From NCBI RefSeq assembly GCF_006345805.1, contig NC_043006.1, forward strand, positions 25,110,001 through 25,174,000: 64,000 nt of DNA, written 5' to 3'. The notes beneath the pieces are model-generated. The model saw only the letters and a program-made list of their open reading frames with translations, did not search any database and had not been told where the DNA came from. Made by a program: the position numbers and the translations under genes. Source of the stretch: Octopus sinensis. Lineage: Eukaryota. Each line of letters begins with the position of its first letter. Position 1 is the first letter of the stretch. Positions 12,768 to 25,631 of this stretch are shown in pieces.

Positions 12768-13407
12768 CTAGCAGAGATACCTGGCATTGCCCGTGTTACA
12801 TGCAATTGAAGAATTAGACTTTTCTGTTATATTTTTTGTAATGAACAGGAATACCTATGTTTCGAATTTCATCAAAATTGCAGATGAGGGTTATTTCCCT
12901 CTTTACACATCCTAAAAAAATTGTAATCATGCCACATGTATCCCATACTACTGATTTTTATGTGCATATTCCAAAATTCCAGTTATAAATTCCTGTTAAA
13001 AGGATTTTGCTCCTAAAAAATGAAGGTCATGGAGTTCTAAAATATGAGAGTTAAGGCCCCTGTTGGGGGTGGGCATCTTAATGTCAACCAGAGAAGTTGA
13101 ATTGTTGAGAATCTTTTTAACTTGGGTCTTATATCTATTGTTTGAATTTCTTTGAAATAGAAAATATATGTTCACTGGGTTTGTAAAAGAGAGCAAAGCT
13201 ACAGGAAACCAAAAGACGAATGATCACAATAAGCAGTCAGTTACCCTACCCTAGTCGTTACCACTCCCAATGTAGGATTCCTTACCATACAGGTGACAGG
13301 CACAGCCGTAAGATGCATTATATGTAAAATTTGAATGAAATTGGTTGTGTAGTTCTCAAGTTTTAGGGATTCACACAGACAGACATTCTCAGTTTTATAT
13401 ATATAGA
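12768..13407 (-). mobile_element. Non-autonomous Helitron
   Basis: 5' TCtatatatataaaactgagaatgtctgtctgtg; 3' gggcaatgccagg hairpin then CTAG; A|T target. Confidence 0.82.
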
Positions 13408-13408
13408 T

Positions 13409-13708
13409 AAATTAGAGAAAAACCACTATTATGCAATTTAAACAATGATAGACATAAACCAAATCATAAATAAAAAATAAAATATATTTTTAAAAACATA
13501 TAACTAGATCACAAAAAGTATAAAAAGACTAATCAATATATAATAAGTAATATATAATAAGTAAATAATATATATATTATATATTGATTATTCATTTTTA
13601 TACTTTTTGTGATCTAGTTATATGTTTTGAAAAATATATTTTATTTTTTATTTATGATTTGGTTTATGTCTATCATTGTTTGAATTGCATAATAGTGGTT
13701 TTTCTCTA

Positions 13709-13712
<4 letters not shown>
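13409..13712. repeat. Near-perfect AT-rich palindrome (about 140-bp arms)
   Basis: aaattagagaaaaaccactattatgcaattt... pairs with ...gaattgcataatagtggtttttctctaattt; same sequence as the termini of 9585-12470. Confidence 0.9.
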
Positions 13713-13757
<45 letters not shown>

Positions 13758-13829
13758 CATATAAATATACATATATGTATATATATGTGTATATGTATGT
13801 ATATATTTATGTTTGCGTGTCTTTGCGTC

Positions 13830-14010
13830 TGTGTTTGTACCCCCATCACCACTTGACAACAGGTGTTGGTGTGTTTACGTCCTCGTAACTTAACAGTTTG
13901 GCAAAACAGACCGATGGAATAAGTACTAGGCTTAAAGAATTAGCCCTGTGGTCAATTTGTTTGACTAAAACCCTTTGAGGCAGTGCTGCAGTCAAAGGAC
14001 TGAAAGAAAT
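13830..14010 (+). mobile_element. SINE 3' part
   Basis: cacttgacaacaggtgttggtgtgtttacgtcctcgtaacttaacag...gactgaaag, shared with 23920-24110 and 57580-57998. Confidence 0.7.
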
Positions 14011-14025
14011 AAAAGAACACACACA

Positions 14026-14076
<51 letters not shown>

Positions 14077-14459
14077 GCAAGGGTGCCAATGCTTTCCTTA
14101 CTAAATACATACTTCTGTATTTTGTTTGCTTATTTTGCATTTTTCGTAGATTCTAATTCTCTGGTATTTAAAACATAAATATTTTAAGGTAATTTTTCAA
14201 AAAAGAAATGCAGTAGAAAGTTACATGAAGACATCGTGATCTATCATAGTCACTTGTGTACTGTGAAACAGAAAAGTTGATGATATTGAACATGAAGATT
14301 AAGATTTAGATAAGTTCAAATATGTTTGGGATATATTTTACTTGTATAAAGGCCTTATCTACTTCTGATTTTGTCTTGAAGAACCTTTTTTGCTTAAGGC
14401 AATAAATATTGAAAAACACCAACAGTTATTTCAAGGTGCCCTGCAATAGAAGTGATTAA

Positions 14460-14681
14460 CCCTTTCATTACCATATTTATTTTGAGATGCTCTGTGTTTT
14501 ATTCAATTTATTTTAAATATAACAAAGAATTTAGTAAAAGAACTTAGTTATCATTAAGCTAGTATTGGGAACATAAATTGTGACTAAGGTTTGGTGGAAG
14601 ATTTTAATTTAAAACTTATGAAAACAAGACATTTGTACTACAGAGCCAGAGGCAGTTTTGGCTGGGTTGGTATCAAAAGGG
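14460..14681. mobile_element. piggyBac-type MITE, copy 1
   Basis: TTAA|CCCTTT...AAAGGG|TTAA, 222 bp; homologous to 28490-28709 and 62092-62311. Confidence 0.85.
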
Positions 14682-15924
14682 TTAATGCCCTATTTCTAGA
14701 TTCTTGGTTATCATCAACATTGTGTACCACAAGAGAGACGACCCCAAAATGTCCCAAACAAATTTTAACTGATCTAAATGTTTGTTTACTAGCAACACTG
14801 CTTTCACATGCCCACTACAATATTTGTTTAGCTGGTGCCAGTGTCTCATGGGATTTACCAGATGTTTTCTGGTTTCATGTTGATACACTATAAGGAAATC
14901 AATGTTTCCAAAACCATTTCAGTGTTGTCTCTCTTATCATTAGTGCACAGTGCTGATGAAAATCAAGAAGCTAGAAATGTGGCATTTACCACTTCTCCTA
15001 GAGGATAACTTGAAATGACTGTTGGTGTTTTTCAACACCTATTGCCTAAAATGAGAAAAGTTTTCCACAGGAAAACTTGCTGTGAATACTGATCAAATAT
15101 GTTACATACATATATGAACTAATCTAATATTTGTTCACACGCACCACTGCTTTCACATGCCCACTTCAATACAAAGAGGAAAAGTTTTTTGTAAAAATAA
15201 ACTTTCTAAAAATCGTAATCTCTTATGTTTAAAACCTAAAGATCATGATTTTTTTTTTACTTAAAAGATAAATATATAACTTATGTGAAGATGGCTGCTT
15301 ATTCCAAAACTCTGCCAAACAATTGACAAGGAGATGACTCCTCCCAACAGCAATATGGCTCAGCTTCCAGTATCAATACTTCAATTACTTCTTGATGTAT
15401 TCAGGTTCTGTGTTATTCAAACTGTGTAACTATGAATGTACTTAAATCTAAGGTCCTCAAGAAGCTTTCAAAAGTGTAAATGTGAATTATTCAAATGAGG
15501 AAATTGCTTTTATGGATCACATGGAAAAATCAAAAAGGAATAATAGTGTTGGATGCTGGAATTGGTAAATAAGTGCTCTGTATGTGAACTTTGTATAATA
15601 TTTCAAAAAGATTAGTGACATCTAGTGATTCATTTATTCATTTTTACATCTATTTTTCCATACTAGCACAGTTTAGACTAATATATTATTGAGATATTGT
15701 TTTGTGGTTAGATGTCCTTCCTGTCATTAACTTCTTTTTTTCAAGTAAGTGATATCTTATTGTACACATCAATGCAGATGCAAGGCCAGGAGATGATCAT
15801 TGACAAGGAAAAGGTCAGCAACCTGACTGTCCATAGCTAAGGGATTTTCACTATAATGCAAATGTCAACAACACACAAATACTTGTGTGTGTAGGTGTGT
15901 GTATATGTGGTTGTGTGTGTATTG

Positions 15925-16075
15925 TCATCATCTTTTAACATCTATTTTCCATGCTGGCATGGGTTGGATAGTTTAACAGTCATCTGTTTTGGCATGTTTT
16001 CTACAGTTGGGTGCCCTTCCTAATGCCAACCACTTTACAGAGTGTACAGGGTGTTTTTTATGTTGCACCAGCACA
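15925..16075 (-). mobile_element. RTE 3' tail fragment
   Basis: catcatcttttaacatctattttccatgctggcatgggttgga...ccttcctaatgccaaccactttacagagtg. Confidence 0.7.
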
Positions 16076-16104
16076 TAAAAAGAATTGTGTTTTAGTATGA
16101 TGAC

Positions 16105-16465
16105 AAAGGTTCCAGTTGATCCAATCAATGGAACAACCTGCTTGTGAAATTAATGTGCAAGTGGATGAACACTCCACAGACATGTGTACTCTTAGTGTAG
16201 TTCTCAAAGAGATTCAGCATAACACAGAGTGTGACAAGGCTGGCCCTTTGAAATACAGGTACAATAGAAACAGAAAAAAAGAGTTAGAGAAATTTGTGGA
16301 GAAAGAGTACAGCAGGGTTTTCCATCACCCTGTACTGGAGATTCATGGAGCTTTAGGTGTTTTCGCTCTCAATAAACACTCACAACACCCGGTCTGGGAA
16401 TTGAAACTGTGATCCTATGACCGCAAGTCCACTGCCCTAACCACTGAGCCATTGTGCCTCCACAC
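16105..16465 (-). mobile_element. tRNA-headed SINE (interrupted)
   Basis: Body matches 55771-56070 in reverse; tRNA-like head gtggaggcacaatggctcagtggttagggcagtggac at 16380-16465. Confidence 0.7.
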
Positions 16466-16639
16466 ACACACATGTCAAGATCACCAGCCCTCTTCCACAC
16501 GCACATACAAACTCTCTTATACACACGCACGCACACCTTCATTTTGGGATCACCACTACTTTATTATCCCCACTTCTCCTTAGCTCTCCTGTGTGCTCCT
16601 TCTGTCTGGCATTCACCATGATATATCGCTAACCACTGC

Positions 16640-16790
16640 ACATTCTTTATTTTCTCTCCTTGTTTTTTTCTGTGGAAGAGCATAGGCTCGAAATGTTGAA
16701 GAATTTTTCACTTCCCAAGCATTATACTAATACATCTGTTTGTTGTCGACACCACCTGTCTTCGTCTTTTGTTTTTTTGTGAATTCTCCC
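16640..16790 (+). mobile_element. PLE-type 3' terminal remnant with minimal hammerhead-like motif
   Basis: ttttt-ctgtggaa-gagc-atag-gctc-gaaatgtt-gaaga. The tail cacctgtcttcgtcttttgt recurs inverted at 23640-23705. Confidence 0.45.
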
Positions 16791-16846
16791 TATATGTGTA
16801 TATATATATATATATATTTATATATATGTGTGTGTGTATTATATAT

Positions 16847-16880
<34 letters not shown>

Positions 16881-16925
16881 ATATATATATATATACACAC
16901 ACATATATATATTGTGAATTCTCCC

Positions 16926-16961
<36 letters not shown>

Positions 16962-17110
16962 TATGTATATATATGTATGTATGTATGTGTGTATATATAT
17001 ATATATGTATATATACATGTATATATATATATATATAATATATATATATATATACACACATATATATATATGTGTATATATATGTATATATGCCTGTGTA
17101 TGTACAATAT
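16790..17110. repeat. Complex (AT)n/(GTAT)n microsatellite
   Basis: Direct reading; source of several IYIY ORFs. Confidence 0.95.
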
Positions 17111-17134
17111 ACATATACACACGCATATGCATAT

Positions 17135-17268
17135 GAGCTTCTTTCAGTTTCTGTCTACCATATCCACTCACAGCCTTTGGTCAGCCCAAGGTTATACTAT
17201 AGTAGAAGACATTTGCCAAAGATGCTATGGTTGAGAAACAAACTATTTAACCATGCAGTTATGCCTCC
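17135..17268 (-). mobile_element. SINE 5' part
   Basis: cttctttcagtttctgtctaccatatccactcacagcctttggtcagccc... matches 57840-57998. Confidence 0.7.
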
Positions 17269-17557
17269 ACTTGTTCTCTTTTACAAAGCTTAACTGCTGC
17301 TTCTGTTCTGTATAACCATACAAATAAAAGTCAGAGCTAATGTACTTAATGGAGTAAGCCAAAACATTTCAATTAATTAAAAGTACACTTCATAATGAGG
17401 AGAGAAAAAAATAACCATTAACTTTATAATTATTTCTGCTAAAAAAAACTAAATAGGGAAAACAATCTAAAATTTTCATTAATTAAAACCCCTAAATTTG
17501 AAATGCAATGAATCTGATTTCTGTCAGGATAGGCATGACTCCAAACATGTTTCAGTC

Positions 17558-17733
17558 CAGTGGTTCCCAAACTTTTTAGAGTCGCGACCCACTATTTATC
17601 ACACCAGTTTATGACGACCCACTTAACTCTACTGAACTATCTCGATAGACAGCAGTTAATCAAAGCTAATGCGTAATTTTATAACTTTTTGCGACACATC
17701 TGTGGGTCGCGACTCATAGTTTGGGAACCATTG
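17558..17733. mobile_element. hAT-type MITE
   Basis: TIR CAGTGGTTCCCAAAC / GTTTGGGAACCATTG; perfect 8-bp TSD TTTCAGTC (17550-17557 and 17734-17741). Confidence 0.92.
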
Positions 17734-17919
17734 TTTCAGTCTATTAGACTTTCTCAACAAAGTATAGTTTTTGTCTTTTCTTACTGACAGAGATATAAAC
17801 AGTTGAAGTGAATAAATATTGATAGGCATAACAACTTAGAAAAATGACAAAAAAATTATTTATAGGTGCCACTGGGACAGGTGCATTTATGCAACACTGG
17901 CATGAGTACATTTTACGTG

Positions 17920-20130
17920 ATACTGGCACCTGCAAAGGACACACCTGTGTATATGGATCACAGTGATTTTACTTAGCTTGATGTGTCTTCTCAAGTACAA
18001 GTAATCACCACAACTCCCAGTCCCTTGTCATTTACCCAGTGAGTTCCAGCACCTGAAGATCTTTCCTCACCATTTCATCCCATATCTTCCTGGGTCTACC
18101 CCTTCCACAAGTTCCCTTCTCAATTAGAGCTCAGCATTTCTTTATGCAGCTATCCTCATCCTTATGCATCACATGACCCAACCAGCACAGTCTTCTCTCT
18201 TGCACACAACATCTGATGCCTCTTATACCCAGTTTTCCTCTTAGATCATTTACACACTGTCATGCATACACACTGACATTACCCATCCAGCAGAGCATGC
18301 TAGCTTCATTTCTTTCAAGCCTTTGCAGGTCCTCTGAAGTCAAAGCCCATGTTCACTACCAGCTAGCATAGCTGTACATACACAGGCATCATACAATCTG
18401 CCTTTCACTCTGAGGGAGAGGCCTTTAGTTACCAACAATGATAGAAGCTCTCTGAACTTTGCCCAACCCATTCTTATTCTAGCAACTATGCTTTCAGAAC
18501 TTCCTCTTCCACTGCTATCTTGATTGCCTAATTAACAGAAGCTATCTACTACTTTTAAGGATCCCTCTGAGCATTTGAGGGAGTCTATTGTCTGCACATT
18601 TTTTATGCTTATTGTACCCACACATTTGCCCCACACAAAGACTATTTTCTCTGTTAACTTTCTTGTGATACTGCTACACCTTTTATGTGTCCAAAGCTTG
18701 CACTGGGTACAAGGTATGGAGTTTCTACAAACACCCTTCTTACATACTGAGCCAGGCCATCTCCCTGGATGGACTTGCAATTCGTCTGTTTTCCTACTTG
18801 TGAGGACTTTGGTTTTTGCTAAGTTAACTCTAAGGCCTTTAGATTCCAGGCCCTACTTCCACACCTGAAATTCCTTCTCTAGGTCAGGTAGTGACTCAGC
18901 TATAAGAACAAGGTCGTCAGTGTAGGGGAACTCCCAGGGGTAACAGGTCTTAAATTCCTCTGATAAGACCTGGAGGCTTATGGTAAACAAGAGGAGCCTG
19001 AGATCTGATCCTTGGTGAACTTCTACCTGTGCACTGAATTCATTGCTTTACTCATAGCCAACCTTCACCTTACTGGCAGCATCCCTGTACATGGCTTGTA
19101 CAGCTCTCACTAACTACTCATCTATCCCCAGCTTCCACACTGACTACCATATAAGGGAGTGGGGGACACTGTCAAAGGCTTTCTCCATGTCTACAAAAGC
19201 CAAGTAAAGGGGTTTGTTTATGGCTAAACACTTCTCTTGCAGTTGCCTAATCAGGAATATATAGCATCAGTCATACTTCTACCTGGCACAGATTCAAACG
19301 ACATCTCATCTTCACTAACTCTCTTCCTAATTAATTGAACTATGACCCTTTCTGAAATTTTCATCACTGGTCCAGTAATTTGATGCCCCTGTAATTATTT
19401 CTATCTAAGGCATCACTTTTGCCTTTGTAGGAGCTATAATGCTGCTACCACCAATCATTAGGTATGATCATATCCCACTCTGCCAGATATTTAAAGCATC
19501 TCAGCAGTGATTCCTGATGGGCTGGAGGCTTTATCTGTTTTCATATCCTTGATTGCTTTATTTGCCAAGCAACTGTCAATTCAGATATCTGGTCCCTCAG
19601 ATTCTTCTCGATTGCATTCTCTACATTTAGCAGCCTTTCATAATAGCATGTCCAAGCCTCATTCTTTGCAGAATCAGTAGATGCAAAAGAACCATCATCT
19701 ACTAACTTATGTTGAAGGATGCATTCTTCACCTGGGAAAGTCTTGACATTTATAAGCAGCCATCTTTCCCATTTTCTGGTGAGAATGTAGTCAATCTAGT
19801 GGTGTGCCCACCAGATTGATAGGTGAGAAGGTGACTGGCAGGTTTCCTGAAGTTAGTATTGCAAATCATAAGGTCATTTGCATCAAGTGGCCTGGTTCAT
19901 TATGGGAACCAAATCTATTACCACCATGCACACCATAGAAGCTGTTGCATAACATCTTCATTGAAGTAGCCAGCCACAAAGAGAATCTCAGTGTCATTTA
20001 TCAACAAGGTAGTCTTCAAAAGGATATCAAAAAGTTGGTCTTTTTGTTCATTAGGTAGTTCGAATTGAAGGGTGTAGGCTGAGATAATAGTTAAACTAGT
20101 CTAAATGTTTATAAAATAATCACCAGAGAA
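17920..20130 (-). mobile_element. Decayed RTE LINE (APE + RT)
   Basis: GSVCKKGVCRNSIPCTQCKLWTHKRCS and LKVVDSFC (18532-18780); RT-like segment 18800-19300 (ELPYTDDL-like gagttcccctacactgacgacc); APE-like segment 19650-20100; all frames broken. Confidence 0.82.
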
Positions 20131-21310
20131 CTACTTGAATAGAATATATTTTACACTTGTATTCTGGAAATAGGTGTAGCTATGTTGTTCTGTACAGCAC
20201 CTTTGATAAATGTCTTCTGCCATATCCTTGAGTCAACTAAACCCTTGTGAATGAAGTTTGTTCAACAAAAACTGTATAGAAGCTTGTTGTAGATTTAATT
20301 TGCCATACATTTTAACACCACCACCTGACACTTGAATACTTTTAGCAAACATCTAAGCCAGCTCTAACTTCCTTCCTTCTGTCATGAAGTTCATGAGAAA
20401 CATCAAAGATATTGTCCTTTCTGCTCTCCCTAAGTTATTTAGGAAAGGAAAATGTTTCCAAGAAGACTGTTTACACTCCATTTAAAATTATACAGAGTGC
20501 AGAACTTTAAAACTGAATAAGGTTATAGATTATAACTAATAATTCTTTAAATATTACATCAAAGTGACAAAAAGAAATTTATTTCAAGAAAAGGATATTT
20601 ACATTCATTCAAGTATTTGTTTTTCTGTTTAGAATTCCTGATATTGAGAAACACAAGAGATATGATAAATGACATTACCATCTGTTACTGGCAATAGCTT
20701 ATTTAATACAACTTTCAGCTATCAGGCATCTATGCTATCTTTTGTTTTACAGCTGACCAGATGACCATTATAACAGTTTGTATTATTTTTTAATAGTTCA
20801 CTGAATGAAGTTAAAATAGTATGTGCTTTTTGTTCTTTTTCAGTCCATCAAACAGGTAGGAATTTACCTTGATGTCTGATATTTGCTTATGCTCATCAAT
20901 AGCAACATGTTGCTTGGTGTAGGACTTTATAAGGAGAGGCAACACAGTCATTTTCTTCACTCAGTGGTTCTAACCTCATTAGTAGACAAACCCTAAAGTT
21001 GGTTGAATAAATTCATTACTGACTAGTTTTTAATTTGTTATGCTCAATGTTTGTCATAGTTACATAATATTCATACTGACTTGCTTTTCATTGCTAGTAT
21101 TAATTGCTTCACACACACATATGTAAGCTTGGTTTTTCGGCTAAGGAATTTGCAATTTTAAAAATGAATACAATATATACAATGAACAGACTATGTTGAA
21201 TTTTTCAAGGTTTTCTTATAAACAGGCCATTTGTTTCAACTATTCAACATCATCAGAGATAACTAAAGATTACCATATATATGTATATATATATATATAT
21301 ATATATACAC

Positions 21311-22141
21311 ATACAAAACAAGAGAGAAGATGGCGATAAGATTAATAAAAGTTTATTAACATTGACAAGATCAGACCTACAATTGTTTCAATTTATCACT
21401 TGCAGCATAAAAATTAACCAAATATAATTTGATTTAACTAAATTAATTTAGTTAATTACAACAAGTGAGAATATCTTTAAGGAAGGATGCACAAAGGAAT
21501 TCATTACATTTAAAACATAAAAACAGGAAGAATATAATGTACCATTGTAGTTAAAAATATGTATGAATTTATAAAAATAGAGTTATAAAAAAATATAGTT
21601 AGTCATAAATTAATATAAATAATGCAGACATACCCATGTGAAAATACGAATAAAGGTGATGTGTAAAAACAATAGACTGTTTATTAAATTCTCTACTCCC
21701 ATAATATTATAAACAATCTATTGTTTTTACACACCACCTTTATTTGTATTTTCACATGGGTATGTCTGCATTATTTATATTAATTTATGACTAACTATAT
21801 TTTTTTATAACTCTATCTTTTTTTATAACTCTATCTTTTTTTATAACTCTATCTATTTTTATAACTGTGTAACTGTGTGCGTATTTTTAACTACAATAAT
21901 ACACTGTATGCTTCCTGTTTTTATGTTTTCATTTTGTTTTAAATATAGTAAATTTCTTTGTGCATCCTTCCCTGATGATATTCTCATTTGTAGTAATTAA
22001 CCAAAGTAATTTAGTTAAATTGAATTATATTTGGTTAATTTTTATGCTGCAAGTGATGAATTGAAACAATTGTAGGTGTGGTCTTGTCAACGCTAATAAA
22101 CTTTTATTAATCTTATCTCCATCTTCTCTCTTGTTTTGTAT
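21311..22141. repeat. 830-bp foldback element with hammerhead core in each arm
   Basis: 21311-21685 is the reverse complement of 21707-22141; the right arm has an expanded 15-bp ttttataactctatc repeat. Confidence 0.92.
21965..22080 (+). ncRNA. Hammerhead ribozyme-like motif with long stem II
   Basis: CTGATGA (21972-78), about 84-nt foldable insert, GAAAC (22063-67), AATT, GTA (22072-74); stem I only about 2 bp. Confidence 0.5.
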
Positions 22142-22247
22142 AATATCAATAATGCTGTATTTGTATGTGCCTGCTTTGTTAGGCATTCAACCAGTCTAAT
22201 CTTGGATATTTTTATCCTTCTGCAGGTTTATATCCTCATTTGTACTT

Positions 22248-22249
<2 letters not shown>

Positions 22250-22333
<84 letters not shown>

Positions 22334-22342
22334 TAGATAGAT

Positions 22343-22417
<75 letters not shown>

Positions 22418-22425
22418 TAGATATA
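22250..22425. repeat. (TA)n(GA)n(GATA)n compound microsatellite
   Basis: Direct reading. Confidence 0.95.
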
Positions 22426-23727
22426 CACATACATGCATACAATTACAAGTGAGTGGGCAAATAAAAGAAAGTGGCACTCAGCAATTTGGTAGGAATTACA
22501 TATAGTTTTTGTTACTGTTTAACCAGCTCCATAAGGCCTCAAACTTCATAGGTGCATAGGATGGATCCATCTCATTAAATATCAGGAGAATATATATATA
22601 CATTTAAAACTGTGACTAAATTAAGATGAAAAGTGCAATCAATTATAAACCAACAAGTGGGAATGGACAGATAAATGGGGGAAAATCCACAAATCCTAAA
22701 AATTGTGGGTTGGTTTCAGAAAATACTTTCATTGAACACTAATATCTTAAATTTTGTTTAGTAAATTCAAATTAAACAAAATTTAGATAAAATTACCAAA
22801 TAAGTTACTGAATATTTTTCAGTTCACACATCACACCTTTTTATCACCACTTATAGATCTTATCCATTTCTTTATGAGTGTTTTTTAGACACAATTTTAA
22901 AATGTAATATACTTACTGAATTTAATAACTTGAATTATCTCTAGATATGCTGAATAGCTGCAACACTGGATGCACATGTGCATGAGCACACACATGCACA
23001 CACACACACACATACATACACACATGTACATACACACACACATGCACAAACAAGCAGACCAACTTACTTTAGGTTAGTTCAAATATGGTTGAGAGGTATT
23101 TCAGCTTCCAAAGGAAATTTCACTGCAGTTTACCACAGAGAAAATATTCTCACTTGCGATAAGCTGTAGTGAAATTACCTTTAGAAGATGAAATGCCTCC
23201 CAAACATATTTGAATTAACCTGAAGTTTGTTTATTTTCCATCACTGCTTCACTACTACTTATATATTTGATCAGACCGGGCAGTCTACAGGCACAAATTA
23301 GTAACTAATATTTACTATTTTATAATAAAGCTATGGCTTACTATCACCGTAGGACTACCTCTCTTTGGTATCCACTGCTGAAGACATTAAAAGACCCAGA
23401 AATGCACATATAATTGCCCACAGAGGGTGCTTTGAGCTGGTAATGGTGTATTTACAACTTTTATCATAAGTAAGAATTTTTTCTGCACAATAAATTGCAG
23501 TGAAATTGCCTTTAGAAGTTGAAATATGTCCCAAGCATATTGGAACTAACTTAGAGTTTATTTTCTATCTTCTATCACTGCGTGTGTGAACACATGCATA
23601 TACATATATATATATATATATATATAACGGGAAGCTTTATGAAAATAGACAAAAGACGAAGGCAGGTTTACGGAAATAAACAAAAGACGAAGGCAGGTGG
23701 AATACAAACAAACAATTGTATTAGTAC

Positions 23728-24110
23728 AGGTGTTGCTATGTGGTAAGAAGTTTGCTTCTCAACCACACGGTTCTGGGTTCAGTTCCACTGCATGGCACCT
23801 TGGGCAAGTATCTTCTACTATAGTCCTCAGGCCAACCAAAGCCTTGTGAGTGGATTTGGTAGATAGAAACTGGAAGAAGCCTTTTGTGTGTGTGTGTGTG
23901 TATGTATATGTTTGTGTGTGTGTCCACCATCGCTTGACAACTGCTGGTGGTGTGTTAGCATCCCTCATAACTTAGCAGTTCAGCAAAAGATACTGATAGA
24001 ATAAGTAGTAGGCTTACAAAGTATAAGTCCTAGTTTCGATTTGTTCAACTAAATGTGTTGCTCCAGCATGGCTACAGTCAAATGACTGAAACAAGTTTTT
24101 ACTTGTTTCA
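23728..24110 (+). mobile_element. Full-length tRNA-headed SINE
   Basis: Head gctatgtggtaagaagtttgcttctcaaccacacggttctgggttcagttcc; internal (GT)n; 3' ccagcatggctacagtcaaatgactgaaacaag. Confidence 0.85.
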
Positions 24111-24166
24111 GTCATGAATAAAAAGAATATACACACCCACGTACATACATTTGTCTCGTACATATA

Positions 24167-25299
24167 CAGGGTGTCCCAAAAAAATGTATATGCACATTGA
24201 ATGATTATAATGTCAGTGCTTACTAAAATACATTTCATTTTTTAAATTTAATAGAGCTTACAGACAAAATTAAACTTTTATGAAAGCCTGTTTTGAAACT
24301 AGTTCATGCATTGCTGATAACAAAAAGCAATAGAACCACAAACATTGAGAGACATTTCATTCAATGTTTGTGTGCATTCTCATCCAATACCTGTCCTCCA
24401 GTTGTTAACCATGCTAGTTTTGTGCCACAAACTCTATCTTTTAAGTATCCCCATAAAAAAAAGTCTAGTGGTGAGAGGTTTAGTAAATGCAAAGAGTATA
24501 CTGAACTTCATCCAATCCACATATTTGGCAAAATTTAATCAGGTAGGCATTTACATTGCTACAGTAGTTTGGGAGTGTCACATCTTGCTGGAAATAATAA
24601 CTCTACATCTTCAAAATCCTCTTGAATGCTTAGCATGAAATATTGTTGCAGCAAGTTCAAGTAAAGGAGACCAGTCACGGTATCATCACAAAAGAATGTT
24701 TCAATTAATACATTTGATGATAAGCCATACCCTACTGCCACTCCTCATAAATTAACATGGTCCTCTGCAGTATACTGGTTTTCAGGTCTTCAGCAGGTGC
24801 AACTGTGGTGGTTAATTGAGCCATTTAATTTAAATGTAACTTCATCGCTCCAAACAATCTTGGGGAGAAAGTGTGCATTTTTTTACCCATTTTGCTAATT
24901 GCTTAGTAATATACTAATTAATTGCAAAATTCCTTTCTTCAGTATGGATCATCTTTATTGAAAGCATGGACTACTCTTAGAATGCAACTTTTCCAATAAC
25001 AGTACTTCAAAATGCAACAGATGTATGATTTTGAAATTCCTACCTCACAACTTGCTGCACAGATTTTCTTTATCTCTGGCAATTTCTTTTCTATCTCTTT
25101 GTGGGGTTTGTCAGTGTCTATGGTTTTCCACAATGTTTCTTGTGGACATTCTGAAGGGTTTCATCTGCATTAAATTTATCTCTAATTCGATGGATCTGCT
25201 TGAATCTCCATTGTAAATTGTATTTGCATTTTGACTGCATTTTCAAACATTTTGTAGCACTTTAGGTAAAGTGTGTATTCATTTCTTTAGGAAACCCTG
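24167..25299 (-). mobile_element. Tc1/mariner-superfamily transposon (DDD type), decayed
   Basis: TA|CAGGGTGTCCCAAAA ... GGAAACCCTG|TA termini; minus-strand [17 protein letters not shown] and LSPLDFFLWGYLKDRV motifs. Confidence 0.85.
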
Positions 25300-25365
25300 T
25301 ATACATATATGTATGTATATATATATATATGTGCGTGTCTGTGTGTCTGTGTGTGTGTGTGTGTG

Positions 25366-25399
<34 letters not shown>

Positions 25400-25413
<14 letters not shown>

Positions 25414-25590
25414 GTGTTGGTGTGTTTACATCCCTGTAACTTAGTGGTTCAGCAAAAGAGACTGATAAAATAAGTACCAGGCTTTACAAAAATAATAATT
25501 TCTGGGGTTGATTCCTTCAACTAAAATTCTTCAAGGTGCTGCCCCAGCATGGCCACAGTCAAATGACTGAAGCAAGTAAAAGATAAAAGA
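25400..25590 (+). mobile_element. SINE 3' part
   Basis: ggtgttggtgtgtttacatccctgtaacttagtggttcagc...gactgaagcaagtaaaagataaaagata. Confidence 0.75.
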
Positions 25591-25591
25591 T

Positions 25592-25631
<40 letters not shown>

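Noticed and set aside
13409-13712. Hammerhead in this palindrome
   Set aside because: No CTGANGA or GAAAC core recognisable on either strand.
15290-15420. Possible CR1/L2 3' remnant (FWNKQP on minus)
   Set aside because: A single short motif; insufficient to list as a feature.
20820-20975. Possible plus-strand 12-nt microexon (tttttcag|tccatcaaacag|gtagga) and overlapping minus-strand exon candidate
   Set aside because: No phase-linked neighbouring exons found; could be chance splice-like motifs.
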